A DNA stretch of 64,000 nucleotides from Chrysomallon squamiferum (lineage: Eukaryota; Animalia; Mollusca), in NCBI GenBank assembly GCA_012295275.1, contig CM022670.1, forward strand, positions 27,714,001 to 27,778,000. Direction: 5' to 3'. This document shows, one piece after another, positions 27,491 through 42,800 of this stretch. The position numbers and the translations under genes were made by a program. The notes under the pieces were generated by a model that was not told the origin of the DNA, ran no database searches, and was given only the letters and a program-made list of their open reading frames with translations. How positions within the stretch are numbered: the first letter of the stretch is position 1; each line of letters opens with the position of its first letter.

Positions 27491-30400
27491 TTGAAGATAA
27501 AAGGCACTTGGCAGCATTCTGTTTTAGTTTTCATTATGTAGCTTTTTTGATGGTTTTTGGTGGGTTTTTTTGGTCTCCATCTTCACATTCACTTTTGAAA
27601 CAGAATATTTTATTACTTGTCCCTGGTAATACAAAATTCTTAAGACCTTTGCCAAAATGTGTTGTCCATATGATGGAAAAGGACTGTTTGAGGATAATTG
27701 AGTGATCATCGCCATTGATTCAGAACATTGTTAGAAAATTGTTTTGTATGGAAATGGCCTCATCTGGGATCATTGGTGGTAAGTGCCTTGACTAATTGCA
27801 TCTGATTTCTTGTTAAACACATACTTGTTGAAATACAACTTGTAGTGGTTACATTCGTTATGGAGCACTATTGGCCAAACTCATCAACATTAGAAGATTA
27901 GTTTCTGACGGTAACTCGTAAAATATATTATCTCCCAACCTAGCCTGCCTGTCTGCAATCGCTGAAACTGAAAGTGCTTCACCACAGCTTCGTTGCTGCC
28001 TAAATTGATGGGAATGTTTGTCAGGCTCTTAACATGCTGAGACGTGCATTGAGTTTTCATTACAGCAATTGCCAGTCCAATGCGCTACCCTGGAGCTTAA
28101 TACGTCTCCATTGAATAGTAAATGGTAGAAATCAATGAAGCAACATACCAATATTCTGAAGGTGTGCTGGTATCTAGATGAGGAAAATTGATCTTGTTTC
28201 AAACTAAATTCTGCTAGACCCATTCTTTTCCTTGGGGTAAAGGAGTTTGCTTTGATACATTTTGCAATATTTGTAGGTCGGCGACAGCCAGGCAATCTAT
28301 AAATGTATTTGTATTTGTTGCAGTCCAGTATTAAGAGTTTGAACATTCTACTGGTTTACATTTTGACTGCTAAATGGATTTTTTTGTTAATCTAAAATGT
28401 TTTTCTAAAAAGCATAGTGTGTCTGTTCATTGTAAAATGTAAAATGTATTATGTTAACATGACCAAGATGATAAGGGAATTCTAAGACACAAATACCAAT
28501 TTATCAAATTTAAACCAAATCTGGTTGAATAATAAATATTTCATTCAGCAAATAAAACAGTTCTTAAGATTATATTGAACATATGCTCAAAACAACCTAA
28601 ATAAAAATATTTATGTAATGGCTGACTGTACCCAGTGGATGTTTGGCATCATTAAGGCATGACTGGATTATAAAATCAATACATATATTGATTCTGTTGG
28701 CAAAATAAATATAAATTATAGTAATGTGATTATCAAAATAGTTTAAAGACAAATCAATGGAAGAATAATTGTAAAGCAGAAGGCAGAGCAGAATTTTTAA
28801 TAAACTAGTACACTTGTTCCAGAATATTAAAAATGGCAAACTGAATTTCTTTAATGATATATTTTTCAAGTAATTCATTATAGAATTGTATTTGATTAAC
28901 AGATGCAAAAACATGTAGGCACATATTCAACCACATGTAGTAACATAATAAAAAATAAAAATAAATAAATAAATTAATAAAAATAATAATAAATTAAAAA
29001 GTATATTAAAAAAAAAATATATATATATATATAAAGTTTTCTTGACATGGAGGATTACTAATTTCTAGTATTTTATTATGAAAATATTTTTAAGCACTGC
29101 TGTTTGTTCTCTAAGGAGTACAAGTAGACAGTATTGATGGAAACCAGAGATGCTGCTCAAATCTTTAAATACAGTAAAATGCAGAAAATCTACAGCAAGT
29201 GCTACATGAATCATAGTTAACTAAACAGCACAAAGGAGAATGTACACACACACACACACACACATTTACAAACATAGAACAATCTGTAATAAACCAGTTC
29301 TGGCACATTTGCTGGAATGGGCTATAATCAAACATGTACCTTTGATATCAGCCTTCAGCCTTTTATTACTTTCTATATATGTGTATATGTATGTGGCCGT
29401 TTTTGAATCTTGGTGAGATTTTTATGTGAAATAAACCCTAATTAAGAGGTATACGAACCATCATTTTAATTTCCCTTGAGGTGGTCTTGTTTCTCAGAGT
29501 GCATACTTATATTCCATTGATGCTTTCTTTTTCATACTGTCAGTAAAAAGCAGTAAAAAGCCTGGAAATCATATATATTTAATAAACAATAAATAGTTTA
29601 ACTGAATACTGTTACACAATGGAATTTCAGCCATTAATTTAATTTTAATTTTATTTTGGCATATTAACGAAAAAAAGGAAAAGATTAAAGTGGCCTGTTT
29701 ATAATGAAATATATATTTCACAAGAGGAAATAAAGAAAAGTAGTAATATTTTATCTAATATTTTTTTGTATCTTAACATTTTTATAAGTTTATCATCTGA
29801 GATATATACAAAGAAAAAGTTCCTGTTAACATTTACTGATTTAACAGATGCAGTAAGACCTATTACTATATGATTACTTATTCCTTTGTTATTGTTACGT
29901 AGTTTATTACTTATTTGTATTATTTGATATATGCAGTTGGTTCAGGAGACAAGTTTAGTAAATTGATGTACTTGCTTAGATTTTTCTGTGTTGATCAATG
30001 AAGATTAACTAAATTAATTTTTAAACAGGGACAAAACAGAAGTCTAGTAAATAGCATGTACAATAAATAGGAAATAAATAAGGTAGAGTCTACTCACAAA
30101 GGAATGATTAGATAGTAATATATCTTAGCAGTGAACCATAATACATCAACAGTTAGTATGTTTACTTCCTTGTTTAAGCATCTCAGTTATATATAATATG
30201 TTCATAATAATGTGAATAATAGCTCTAATTCCTCATGAATTCTTTAAGATTAATCTGTAACTAATGATATGTGCAGCAGTTGGGAGACAGCCATCTGAAC
30301 TGTTTTTGTACTGACAAAAAGCAGAAATCAGAAAGAAACAAAATATCCATTTCATATCATGCTTTAAAAATATGGATTTATTAGAAAATATATATTTGGT

Positions 30401-33400
30401 TATTTTTAGCATAATAGCTTAATAGGTAAACCACAAATTTGTTTTACTGAAAGTGTGGTAATATATATCTAAAAATGTTGTAAAAACATTTGATTTAGCA
30501 TGATAAACTCAGATAAGAAATCTATGCCAAAAAAATTAAAATTGGTTGTTGCTATTTAATGAAAAGTTGCTGTGGCAGTTCAAGATTTTCTTTAATAATT
30601 CCCAGGTATAATTTACTTACAAAAAGTCTGAAGATAAATTGTATCATAATAGTCACTATCATCTTAGTAATTGGTTTAATTGAAAGCACATGTTAATGTA
30701 TTCATTACATGATCTAAACAGACCATAGAGCAAAAGAAAATTTATAATGGATAATAAAAATAATAATTGTACATGACTGTAAAACTCAGACGCTTGAATT
30801 ACTTCCATTGCTAGACAAAGCTTCAATTCCCAAAAGAAAACTATGCAGACAGAATAAGGTATAAGATTAAAGTCTGATGTTATTTATGTTTCTTGTTTCC
30901 CCACACAAGCTGATATTGAGGATCCAATGGAGTACACACCTTGCTGAACTCACAACTGTGATATTTGCTGATGCTGGCTGTTTGTTTTTTCTCTCTAATA
31001 AAATGGAACCCATTTCCATTTTGAAAATTATATTCACTAAAATATTGAAGTCTCCATTTTCTGAAATATGTGATCTTGAAATTAAACTTATTACATACTG
31101 GAATGTTGCTGTATCTTATCATACACATTAAGGTTATGTTAATATATTAAGAATGCATTTTTCATTCTGTTACTGATAATTACCACTTGCAATAATTTAC
31201 AATTAAAAAAACCCAACTAAAATAATAATAATATTACAAACAGGCTACCCTATTGTTGATGCTGGTTAATATATTATACAATGTAAGATAACACTATGGT
31301 TGAATTTAATTATGTTAGCTGTTCCTGGTTATTGACGCATTTTATTTTTAACTTTTAATATGAAACATATTTTTAAATATTAATCAATCTTTTTGGCTTC
31401 TCTGTTAAGCAAAAGTATTTTTATAGCTTTACATTTTAATGTTTCAAGTTCAGTTAATTTCATGAACAGAGCTTCTGATTTTCCAAAAAATTGTTTATAA
31501 TTCATGAGACCAGATAATGTACAAAAATATACAAAAATGTTAGAGTAGAAAAAAAAAGAAGGAATAAATAGCAAGTGGGGAGAATTTTGCAATAAATGAA
31601 TATAGGCCTGCTTTTTTTCTTCTCAGTTTATTTTCCTTTTTTCAAGAAATGATTTCAGTAGGGCAGTTTTTAAAAAGTTCAACACAGGCATACAAAACAA
31701 AAGCCTTACAGATTATTATTTAGATGTACATTTGATAGCCACATGTTTAGAACAAAAACAGAGATTTCAAGACCTGGGGGTCATGCTGGCATGAGGTCAG
31801 GTCTGCCACATGGGTTCTCAGAGGACTAATTCTAGTGGTTGTGTAAACAAATAATATAAATAATCAGTGCAGGAGATCGGAATTGGTGTAGCATTTGAAA
31901 TCTCTGAAAGGCAGGTCTTATTATAATTGTACATACATATTCCTTAACAGTACAGTTGTTCTTCACTGGTGGGAATGTAGTGTTTTTGTTGCTCTTTCAG
32001 TCACGAGTATTGCTAACTGTGCTTTAAAAGTTTTTGATGTTGAAAAATATATTTTGATTTTACTATACATTTTATAAGAACAGTGAGGTAAGTTAAAAGG
32101 AAATACATTTATTTGCATTAACTAGCATTGACCTATTTATTGTTATGAATTGTTTTAATTTGTTTTAATTTTCTTTGTCATCTTCTAAGTAAATAATTTA
32201 TCTAGATGCCATTATTTTGTTTGTTGTTTCTATGGATAGATTTTGCATAAATTAAATTAGGAATACTTTTAGTAAGATTTATTTGCTTTCTTTCTTTTGA
32301 TATAAATCATCCATAGAATGGATGAATGGAACTTACTTAAACCTGTTCTTGAAAATAGCTTAAATAGCTGCATTCAGTATATATATATAAAGAATTACAT
32401 TTGTTCTTGTTTTATATGGATGCAGGAAAACAAAAATGGAAAGAAAATAATGAAAACACAATCAACATAGAAATTTAAAAACAAAGAACTGTTTCTAATC
32501 TTTTTTGTAAATTTATATATGTTTTGTTTTTTGTTGCCACATTTACATTGTGAAAATGATATGTTGTATAATTATTACTTGCAGACCTTTTCTTGATTGA
32601 TGTTTTTGGTCTACAAGTACATGACCTATTTATGTTTAGAAATACACAGAATTGTTTAATATTAATTCCATGTTCTTGTTTTTGTTTGGGAAGGTTGAAG
32701 CTATCACTGAAATGTAACCTGTATCATTATCAGAATTACATCCTTTGATGTTTTCAGTATCTTTTGTAGTTGGATTTTAGTTTCTGTTATTATAGCATTT
32801 CACTTTCATAAATGTTGTATTTTACTGCTGCTAAATGATCGCAGTATGTACACATCTGTGATTTTGAAGATCTTAGATGTGGCTATATGTACATACAGTG
32901 AAACCTGCTCTAGCAGACACTTGTTGAAGGCTGCTAGATGTCAAAAAATTACTTTTGTTTTTTTACTTTGTCTAACAATACAAACTTATGTCATAAAAGC
33001 TACCTGTCTTAAAACAATAGCTTGGTAGCTGCATTACTGAAATTTGATTTTTATATTGTTAGCTGTGAGGGTTGTTCATTGATTAGAACATAGGGCTGAG
33101 GCATGGTTGGTCTCAGGATATGTTTGCCTTGGTGTATCTACTGTGATCTTTACTGTGCTTTTTCCTGTTCATGCCATTGCCCTAGAGTTTATCAAAAGCC
33201 ATTTTCTATCTCGTTTGTGGAAAGATGCATTATAAAGAAAGTAGTCCATTGTGTGGAATCACTGTCTTTTCTTTCTCATTGTCTTAATGATCATATGTGT
33301 AACAGGCATTTAACTCTAGATGAAAAGTAAAACTTTGCTTCCATTCATCCATATTATTATATAAAGAGCATGTGAACCTTGATATACACATGCACACACA

Positions 33401-33521
33401 CTCACACACATACAGAGTACTTTTAATTTGAAAGTCAAAATCTATACAATTCTGCATCTTCCACTTTGACATTTGAAACTGTTGATAACCATAACCTATT
33501 CTACATTTTGTCTTTTATTAG

Positions 33522-33533
33522 GTTTTTGAAAAG
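33522..33533 (+). other. Candidate 12-nt microexon
   Basis: attctacattttgtcttttattAG|GTTTTTGAAAAG|GTAGGT. Confidence 0.25.
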
Positions 33534-34595
33534 GTAGGTGACTATAAAAGAGATAAATATTATTTAACCTTTTACACCCAAAAAATGTCCTGAGCATTTA
33601 TTGTTTTGCTTGAAATGTCATCAGCAAAGCATTTTGATTTAAAATTTCCACTTTCGCACTCACTGGCTACCTAAAAGCCTCTGCCTGTGAGATAGAAACA
33701 CACAGATTCTGTATGTCTGAAGCTCCAAGTATCTTAATGTTGATAACAGTGGCATTCTCTGAGTCTGTGAACACTCTATATCAGCTGTGTTGTGTTATTT
33801 GCAAGGACCTTACCTTCTTGCTCTGTGCTGCTAGAGATACGTAAGTAATTGTTAAGTTGTTTTTTCAATACACTTGGACAAAAAAAATGACAACAAGGTA
33901 TTATAATTTGTTATTGTTTTGTTAACTGAAACACTATGTTGGAACTTAGGATTTCTGATTACTGATCTCTTGCTGGAGTGAAATGAGGCACAAGCTTTGC
34001 TTAAATTGTTTATAGTTTGATGTTTGTTTTTTGTTTATGGATGTTTTGAAGTTGTGGGATTAAATGAGTTATAGTGTGAAAGTAGGAATGCAGATTTTTT
34101 TTGTTGTGTTGAGTTCTACAGATTGGAATTTACTTAGTTTATTGCAATAATGGCTCATTTTAGCTAATTGTTTAAGAGAACTTAAATAAAGATTATTGTA
34201 CTGTAATACATCATGCTATGTTTACTTTACTTTTGATGCTTTGCTTTTTTTTTTCTTCAAGTTCTAATGTAGGCTTATTACTTAGATTTAGTTTTTATTC
34301 AAAAAAAGCAACAGAAAAAAAGCTTATTTATTTTATCAACATTTTCTGAACACATACAGATGCAGATGAAAACAAACACTCACAGAATCACATTCATATA
34401 TTCATCACAGACACACACACATACATGTGTCTGTATGTGTATGTATATATATACACAACAATACCCACCTATACATATACACACACACACACACACACAT
34501 ATAGACACCCACATACATAAGCATGCTACTGTATCCACAAAAACACTTACATAAACCAGATGACAGACCTAAACATTATTTTAAAATAATTTCAA

Positions 34596-34641
34596 AATTC
34601 AGTTTAATACAGTTTAATTCAGTTTAATTCAGTTTAATACA
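34596..34641. repeat. 10-bp tandem repeat (AGTTTAATWC) x4
   Basis: Units at 34601, 34611, 34621 and 34631. Confidence 0.93.
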
Positions 34642-35829
34642 TTTTATGATAAACTCAAGCAAATTAACATTAGCTTATGTAAGTCAATAATGTAACATAA
34701 ATATTGATATAAAATATTTCATTGATTTTAAGATTCATATAAAGCAGAAAATAACAATAAAACCACCTTTGTATTTTGTGCTCTTTTTACTACCATCTTT
34801 TCCAGCTTGTAGAAATCTTACAGGTTTGTGATGCTGTTTCACTACTCACAACATTGGCAATATGACTGTTGCCACATGTAAATAATTTGTCTTGCGAAGG
34901 CTGAAGACATATGAAGCAGATCATGATTACCTTTTTCAACATTGAATTATTTTGTGCATTTCCTGCTGGATGCTCTAGACAGAAGTGTTTGTGTCTACAT
35001 GTGCCATGATGGTCATGTGATTGTAACACAAGAAATTAGTGCCTGTCTAGGCAGAGATTGCGGCTGTTGATACAAACATTCTCTGCTTGTTGATGATAGC
35101 TGTGTTCATTCTAAAATGCTTCTTAATTGCTTTTGTCTGCAGAATAGATACTAGATACTACATCAGAAAATCCTAGAGTAAAATATTGTTTTATATTTCC
35201 TGTAGGACACAATATATTTTCAAAAGGAATTGTTTACTTTGAAAATGTGGTTTTGTTTTTATAGAACCAATGAAATCTGAAAAGATTAAAGTGAAATTGT
35301 GACCCATTTGGTTTTAGACTGCTTATATATAAACAAAAGAAACTGCCATCTCTATTCCAGAATTCCCAACTGCCACACCAAATGTTCAAAACAAACTGAT
35401 AGAGAATAATGAATGAGGACACGTTTTAGAGTAGGAAATATAACTAAGTAAACATGTGAGACTTCTTTTTCCATATTAATTTTTTAAAGTTTAAAATATT
35501 CTGCAATACTATGCTAGTTTCCATCTCCAAACACTATTACTTTAACCTGAATTGGCAACTGACATTTGATTTTGATAGAACTTTAAAAGGCTATAAGCAT
35601 AAAATAAGAAAAACGTCTTTCATGTATAATCTTATAAATGTATAAAAGAGGGGTTCTTGAGATAACATTTTCTTTGAATTTAAAAAAATTATACTTCAAA
35701 TAAAAAAATAATGTGACTGTTAATTATATTTTACATATGTATGTACAAGCATTCACACATAAATACATACATAAATACATACACATATTTATGAACCAAC
35801 ATATAAGGCTAATTTTGAATTTTCTTCAG

Positions 35830-35861
35830 GACACAGCTGCTTGTGTCTTGTTTTGGTGAAG
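35830..35861 (+). other. Candidate 32-nt internal exon
   Basis: Branch-like GCTAAT (~35808), ttttgaattttcttCAG acceptor, AAG|GTAACA donor. Confidence 0.3.
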
Positions 35862-36713
35862 GTAACAACCATCTCTGCCAGTTTTCCTTTACACTTCATC
35901 TTTTCCACATGGCATAAACAATTTCCTTGTGCTCAAATGTGTTTTTCTTTCCTTCTGGCCAAAGCAAAAAGGTTTCTGAAACTCTGACACTTTTGGCAGG
36001 AAAACCTTCTGTCTTCCATTTGCAATACCTACTTTTAAGTTATATGGATTGCAGGCTTCATAGACAGGAATTGGTATGAAAATATTTTCACATTTCTGGT
36101 AATTATGTGTTGATAGGTGTCAAGAAGATGTTAATGGTTTTCAGTCAGTTGATGAGATTTATTAACAATAATCAGTGCTGGTTTCATTCTTCTCAGCTTT
36201 GAATCAACTGGTAGACTTGTTGATAAAATATGTCTGAAGTTACTTAAAGATAACTGTTTTAAAAAAAAAATAATAAAAAAAAAAAATCCTTACTTGCAAA
36301 ATGACAGCATACCATTTTCTTTTGTCATTATTAATAACATCATTATCATCATTATTTTTTCTAGAGCTTATTAAAAATATAATTATATAAAACCATAATG
36401 TTTCTTTAAAAATAAAAAAATAAAAAAAAAAAAAAAAAAAATAAAACGCCCCTCTGTTAGAAGACAACTGGACTCAATCATTTAACATACAGTTTCCAAA
36501 CTGAGCATTAAAGTTCATGTGTAGTTCATACTAAATTATTTTTCATCCTTCCTGTTAAATATTTTCATCATCATAGCATTTGTTGCTATGGATATTAAAA
36601 TAGCTTTTGTTAGAGTGCTAATTATTCTGACCTTTACTTTCACCATATTATGAAGATACATTTTCTTCCAATCTGTCGTGATTTTAATATCCATTTTGTT
36701 ATTGTCTTTGCAG

Positions 36714-36865
36714 ATATTCAGTGGATATTTATTGACTTGGTCTTAACCTTTTGAAGGATTTGATTGATGGATCTGTTTATAGATTAGAGGTACTGTTCAG
36801 CACCAGAGTGTACTGAGGAGTAATACATTTGATTGTCTTGATAGTTACAAACAAAATATTTTCAG
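36714..36865 (+). other. Candidate non-coding (5'UTR) internal exon, 152 nt
   Basis: ccattttgttattgtctttgCAG acceptor and strong CAG|GTAAGA donor. Stops in all three frames; contains a short uORF (MDLFID*). Confidence 0.6.
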
Positions 36866-39800
36866 GTAAGACTTTATTTTTAAAGAGAATTTGTATGTAT
36901 TTTGATGTTGTAGAGAGCTACACACAAACATATTTGAAGTATATATTTTGATGCCAAATACATATTTGATGTATTATATATTTTAATTCTGATAGAAGAG
37001 GTGATGATGATGATTTAAGAACAGTTTAGAAAACTATAAAATAAACATTTTATTATTATTTTACTTTATAAAGACAGATTAAAAATGTTCACAATACAAT
37101 AAGAAATAAAAAGATAAAACAAATTAATAATGAACCTAAAATAGTTAAAATTTAAAAAGCCTGTTTTATTCTTGCCTGCTAGTAATCACATGCAATGCTC
37201 AAAATCTTGTGTTTAAGAAAAGCAGACTTGATCGAAGCCATGGATTTAATATAGTTCAAGTTTTTATTTTTTCCTACTGGAAATTGTTTTAGAGATGTTT
37301 TTCAGTCTGTCTGAAAGACAGACAGCCTAATCTAATTTTGAAGTTAGCAATACATAGCATTTTGAAAAAGATACTACATTATTCAACCACTGTATCTATG
37401 ATCAAAACAACGAAGAAAAAAAGTAAAATGTTTTTTTACATTTTTTTAAAAACAAATTACAGATCCATAGGAAGTAAATTGCCTTGTGCAGAATAATGTC
37501 TTGAAAAGTTCACAGCAAACAATATTTTTAATTAAACATTGAATGAGCCTGATCAAACACTGACAGATGAAAAATCTTACCCTTTAGGCAAATGTTGTAA
37601 TAAATGTGTAACATTTAAATAAATGATATCTTTCAGAGCAAGAAGGGAAGGAAGGGAAAGAAAAAAAGTAAAATGAGTAAAAAAAAAATGTATTATTATT
37701 TTTTTTTCTGTTTAAATCAAATTTAAACTCTTCTGTTAATTCCTTACACATCTGCAAAAAAAATATAAAAATTAAAAAATAAAATACAACTCCAAAATCC
37801 AAGAACTGATTCAGTGTGGCTTTAAATACTGATATGTTGTACATTAATTAAATTATACATTGAATCGAGAACTGACAGATAGATATATTATTATTGACTG
37901 TAAATCTTACAAAGTATGGTCATAAAACTGGGCAGTAGGTAATGTAGTCTGGGCAGCTGGGTTTAACATCCATTATTGCCTACAATTAGATAAGTATGAA
38001 TCATCACCCATCTCATCCAGCTGACCTTATTGATTTTCATTCAACAGTGAGATTGCTTAGAAATATTTTTTCTTGTGGGTCTTTCTCTTTTATATGGTTA
38101 TATAATCTCTGTTAATACACTGAGGTAAATATATAAGTTAGAAAAAAAAAAAAAAAAAAAAAAGGAACATAGTCTCCTCGTTGTTTAAGACTGGTGGTAA
38201 CTGCAACCAGATAAAGATTTTGTTTAGTTTTGTTTTTAAATCATATCTTAAAATATTTTTTGTATTTAACATGATTGCTAGGCTGTGAATGTCTCTGTTT
38301 AATTGTGTATTCTTAAACAAAATCTTGATTCTTAAGCTTTTAATTATTGGTGAAAATTAAGAATATATTGTGCAATGATTCAGTGAAATTAAAAATCAAA
38401 TTCTGCCCTTCAGGAAATTTGATATTTTACCTGATTGCACAAATGAATTTAGGTTTCTGACTCCGTTCTTTTCAGAGCAGAATAAAAGTGCACTTACACA
38501 CAAAATGGCTTTATCAAAATCTGGTCAGAGTATTGGTTTTAAGAGGTCTGAGAGTTATTTTAAGTAGACTGTGCAGTATTTTGAAAATTGACTCCTGGCA
38601 AATGCTGTATACTGCGTAAATTCATCTAGAGATAACTGAAACACTTGCAGTATAGAGACTGATAAATACAGGAAGCAGAAAGTTTTAAAATTTAAATATT
38701 TTTACATGCACTGAGAAAATTTGAAGTGAAATTTTAACAGTTCAGTCTTTTCTCTAATATAATTATGTCTAAGTAGTGGTAAGTTAGAGGTTGAATATGC
38801 AGAAGATGACATGTAAACAGCTGGTTGATAAATCACTGGAATTGATGCACGTTTAAAAGAATATGTTTGTGTCACTTAGAAAAATGGGATTGGAGAGGGA
38901 AGAAACATCCACAATGAAAATGTGCTTAACTGGCACATTTAAGTGAATATTTATTGTTTAGATGCCATTTTCAACTTCCACCAGTTTTTGCAGATATATG
39001 TGTTCTTTTGCAATAACTATTTTCACAGGTAAATGTCCAAAGTGTTTTAGGAAGTTTAGAAACATATTTTTTTTCTTTGATTTAATATGATTTATCCATT
39101 CAGTGTTTAAATGTCTGAAAATAGATCATCATGTCTGTTGTTGCTATTTATAATTTCCGAAAGGTCTAAGCATTCAGTCAAAATTTTTAAATTTTGCTAT
39201 GTTAACTAGTAATTTAATATCAGGCAATTTTATTAATTTTATTTCCTGACAAAACTATTTTTTTAAATGAACATAAAGATAATTCACAAATTACTGTAAT
39301 GAAACAAACTAATAGCTGCAATGCTTTTATTGCTGTTCTGTCATTCTAATTAGGCAGTGTCTCAGCAAGCTTCTCAAATTAATTCTGAACTTCAGCTCAT
39401 TTGGGCAATTTCATCTCTGCTGTTTTAATGACAACAGTAACTGTTTATGCAGCAACAAAGTATTTTAGGGGGAAAGGAAGTAATAAAACAGAAAAAACTT
39501 TTGCAATTTTTTTTTTTTTTTTTGTCATAAAATTTCCACTAATCATGTTATTGGAACAAAAGTTTCAGATTACACTCACTGTTGAAGGTATTTTGTCAAT
39601 GTTTTTACCATTATGCTATTAATGGTACCTTTTTGTTTGATAACAGAATCAGGTATTTGGTCGTTTTCACCCCAACTTTACATTCTTGATTTTGTTTTGA
39701 ACATCAGACTTAAGAGAAATGTTTTCATGCTTTTACATTTTATTTAGGTAAACATTAAGATCTTTTGTTTTGTTAATTTTTTAGTTTTGTTTTGTTTTTA

Positions 39801-42800
39801 TTATCATACCAGCAACCATGTTCAGCTAGCTCTAGTTTATTTTATAGCATTAATTTCAGCCAATTATTTTGTAACACTATTAAATAACAGGGTTATGTTA
39901 TAAATTAGTAAATTTATGAAAAATGTTAACAAGCATACAATTCTAAGAAAGGCTGAATAAAAATATCAGCCTAATTCTTACAAAACTAATATATATAGAT
40001 ATTTGACTTTATTTGTCTATCATCTCTAACCAGGCTGTAGGTATTTTGTTAGATTATATTCAGATCACTATTATTTGGAATACCTTCACTTTAAAACTAC
40101 AATTCACCAGAAAGTGTTAACTGAATTGAAAATAACCTGTACAATTACAGTTGTTGACATGGAAACCTGCAGTTGTCATCACAGACTTTAGAATGAGCAT
40201 GCTTTGGTTTTCAGAACAGATTGCCATTACTGTTACAGTGATTCCCAGGTCAAAACTCTCATTTTGTGAGTTAATAATTTATCAAAAATATGTTCTGCAA
40301 TAAGAAATAACCTATATCTGCTGTTGTAATATGTAGCAAAAGAAGAAGAAAATGTTTTGTAATAATTAGACAAAATATATTTCATAAATTTTATAATTTT
40401 ATTAAGAATTATTATTGTGTTGTTGTCTTTGTTATTTTCTTTTCCTATATTTCTATGTCGTTTTCAAATCATCTTTGGTAAATTCATGATAATCATGAAA
40501 AAATTTTGTGTAGGAAGCATTTAAAATGTGCCACCCCATTCATTAGTTGTTTTTTCAGATTCTGTTCAGGATTTTACTTATTATTTGCAGGTCAGTTATA
40601 TAAACACATCCTTTCTTTCAAAATAATTGGATATCTTCTTACTGAAATTGTATTGCACATCAAGATTGCATGGCCAGTTCAACATTAAAAGTTGAAAATA
40701 AAATAGATAATATTTAAAATTAAAGCCAAAACCTGTATAATAAAATTACTTTAAAAAAATAAAAAAAATAAAAATAATAATAATAAAAATCAAGAAACAT
40801 TTCATTTTATTTAAAGATATGGGTTTTATTTTATTTTTATTTATTATAGTTTTTTTTAATACTTTGAACAATAAGTATATCTAGTGAATCAAATCATTGA
40901 ATCACCAGTGTTTTTATAATCACTGCATAAAAAAGAGCTTTAAAGGAAAAGGTAAATGATATTGCCATTATTTTAAAAATGACAAAGAAAACTTTTCCTA
41001 ATACCTGATTGTTTCTTACCTCTGGTGTGAAATGGATTTTATTGTATATGGAATTTAAACAAAACTATAAAAGTTAAAAGAAAGATCTTTCTTGTGTCAT
41101 TTATTCACATAAACAGGATACTTCACAGAAGCACAGCACAGGTGTATTTTGGTAAATGTGTTCACCATTATGGGTGGTTTTAGAGGTAATCAAATCAAGT
41201 TGCTGTGGCTCAGTTGAAGCAGAGTGAGATCCATTTCAACAAGCCTAATCATCACAGGTTTTTTCTGTTGAGGCTGTTTGCAGTTCAAACAGTTAGATGA
41301 GGTGATGGGTGAGACAGTATTGCATTATAGCAGCCTTTTCCATCAGGTTACCTGATTGTTTTTGGCAGCCATTTACTTTTATTGCCAATACACATGTTTC
41401 ACCCCATGTCATGTGGTTCACTGATAATTGATTTTGTAATGAAAACAAAAGTCCACTGTCAGGTAAGTTTATGTAATATTAATAAGTAAATTGGGACATC
41501 ATATATGATGAGTTATATTGATGTATTTTATTAAAACCTGTAATTTACCATGTGGGTAGATCTTTTGTAGGTAGATGTGTGTAAGTGTGTTGTGTAAATG
41601 ATTTGATTGGTTTCACAATATTCATTATCAGAGGAAAGTGTTTTTAATGTGTTAAGTAATTGTGCAGCTGATTAGTTAATGCCAAACTGTTTCAAATCAT
41701 GTTTAGTAATTGGCATGCCTGTATAAATGTCTATTTTAGTTAACATTCTTTACTTCTGAATTGACTAACAGGAGTATTTGAGTGAATTAGATATTTTGGC
41801 TGAAAGTTATTTAGATGTACATTTACTTCTGAATGTATGCTGTAACTCTGTTATGTAAATGCACTGCAGTCTTTCTGTATTATATCATATTCCACACTGG
41901 CTATTATGCAAGAGAGTTTGCTGTTTCTGTCATGACTTAGAAGAAGTTTTCTGTCAGCAGCAAGTGGATTTTAGTAATCAATTTTGGAGACTTTAATATG
42001 GATTATACATATATTCAGCTGCTTTAGGTGATAAGTTTTGCAAGTGAAAATGAGTCAGTGTGTCGTAGCCCAATGTTTGACATGGATGACCTTTATTATA
42101 CAACATGTGCAGACTGGAATTAATTTAATGTTTGGAATGAGCTTCTGGAACTAAGCTCAAATGAAGTTGCTTGATAGGTAAGCTTTTCTTCTTTTTTTTT
42201 TCTTTTTTTTTTTTTTTAAATGATTAAGGAAAAGAAAAAGACAAAAAAGACAGGTCTTTTTTTTCCTTTTCCTTTTCTTTTTATGTTTATTGTTTTAATA
42301 TAATGTGAAAATTATGGGAAAAAAGAAAAGAAATATTTATTTAATGACTGTTCAGCAGATATTTTTATCAAGATTTTAAAGCAATCAAAATGAGAAATAA
42401 AAAATTTAACATTAAATTATTCATCCAAATAAATTAAAAGCACATTTTATGTCTGCAGCTGAATTTGTTTGGGGTGACTTAATAGAAAATAAACAAATTT
42501 AACAGATTTATTGTTTTACCTATTTAAAATACATTGTTTGTGCAAATGAAGATGTAACACTTGACAATGTACTGAGTAGATAAACATCCACATGTTTATG
42601 ATGTGATTGTCGCTAATAACAAGACATTCCCTTCAGACAATTATTGCAGTGCCTCTGCAAGTCTTGCTCTCATCTGGTATCACTTGGTGTGCAAAAACAA
42701 AGTGATTAGTGTTGGTAGCTTGCCCCAGAAAAAAACATTTGTCAAGCCGATTCATTGAGTTCTGGCACATATTCAATATTGGTGGCACTCACTCCAGCGT

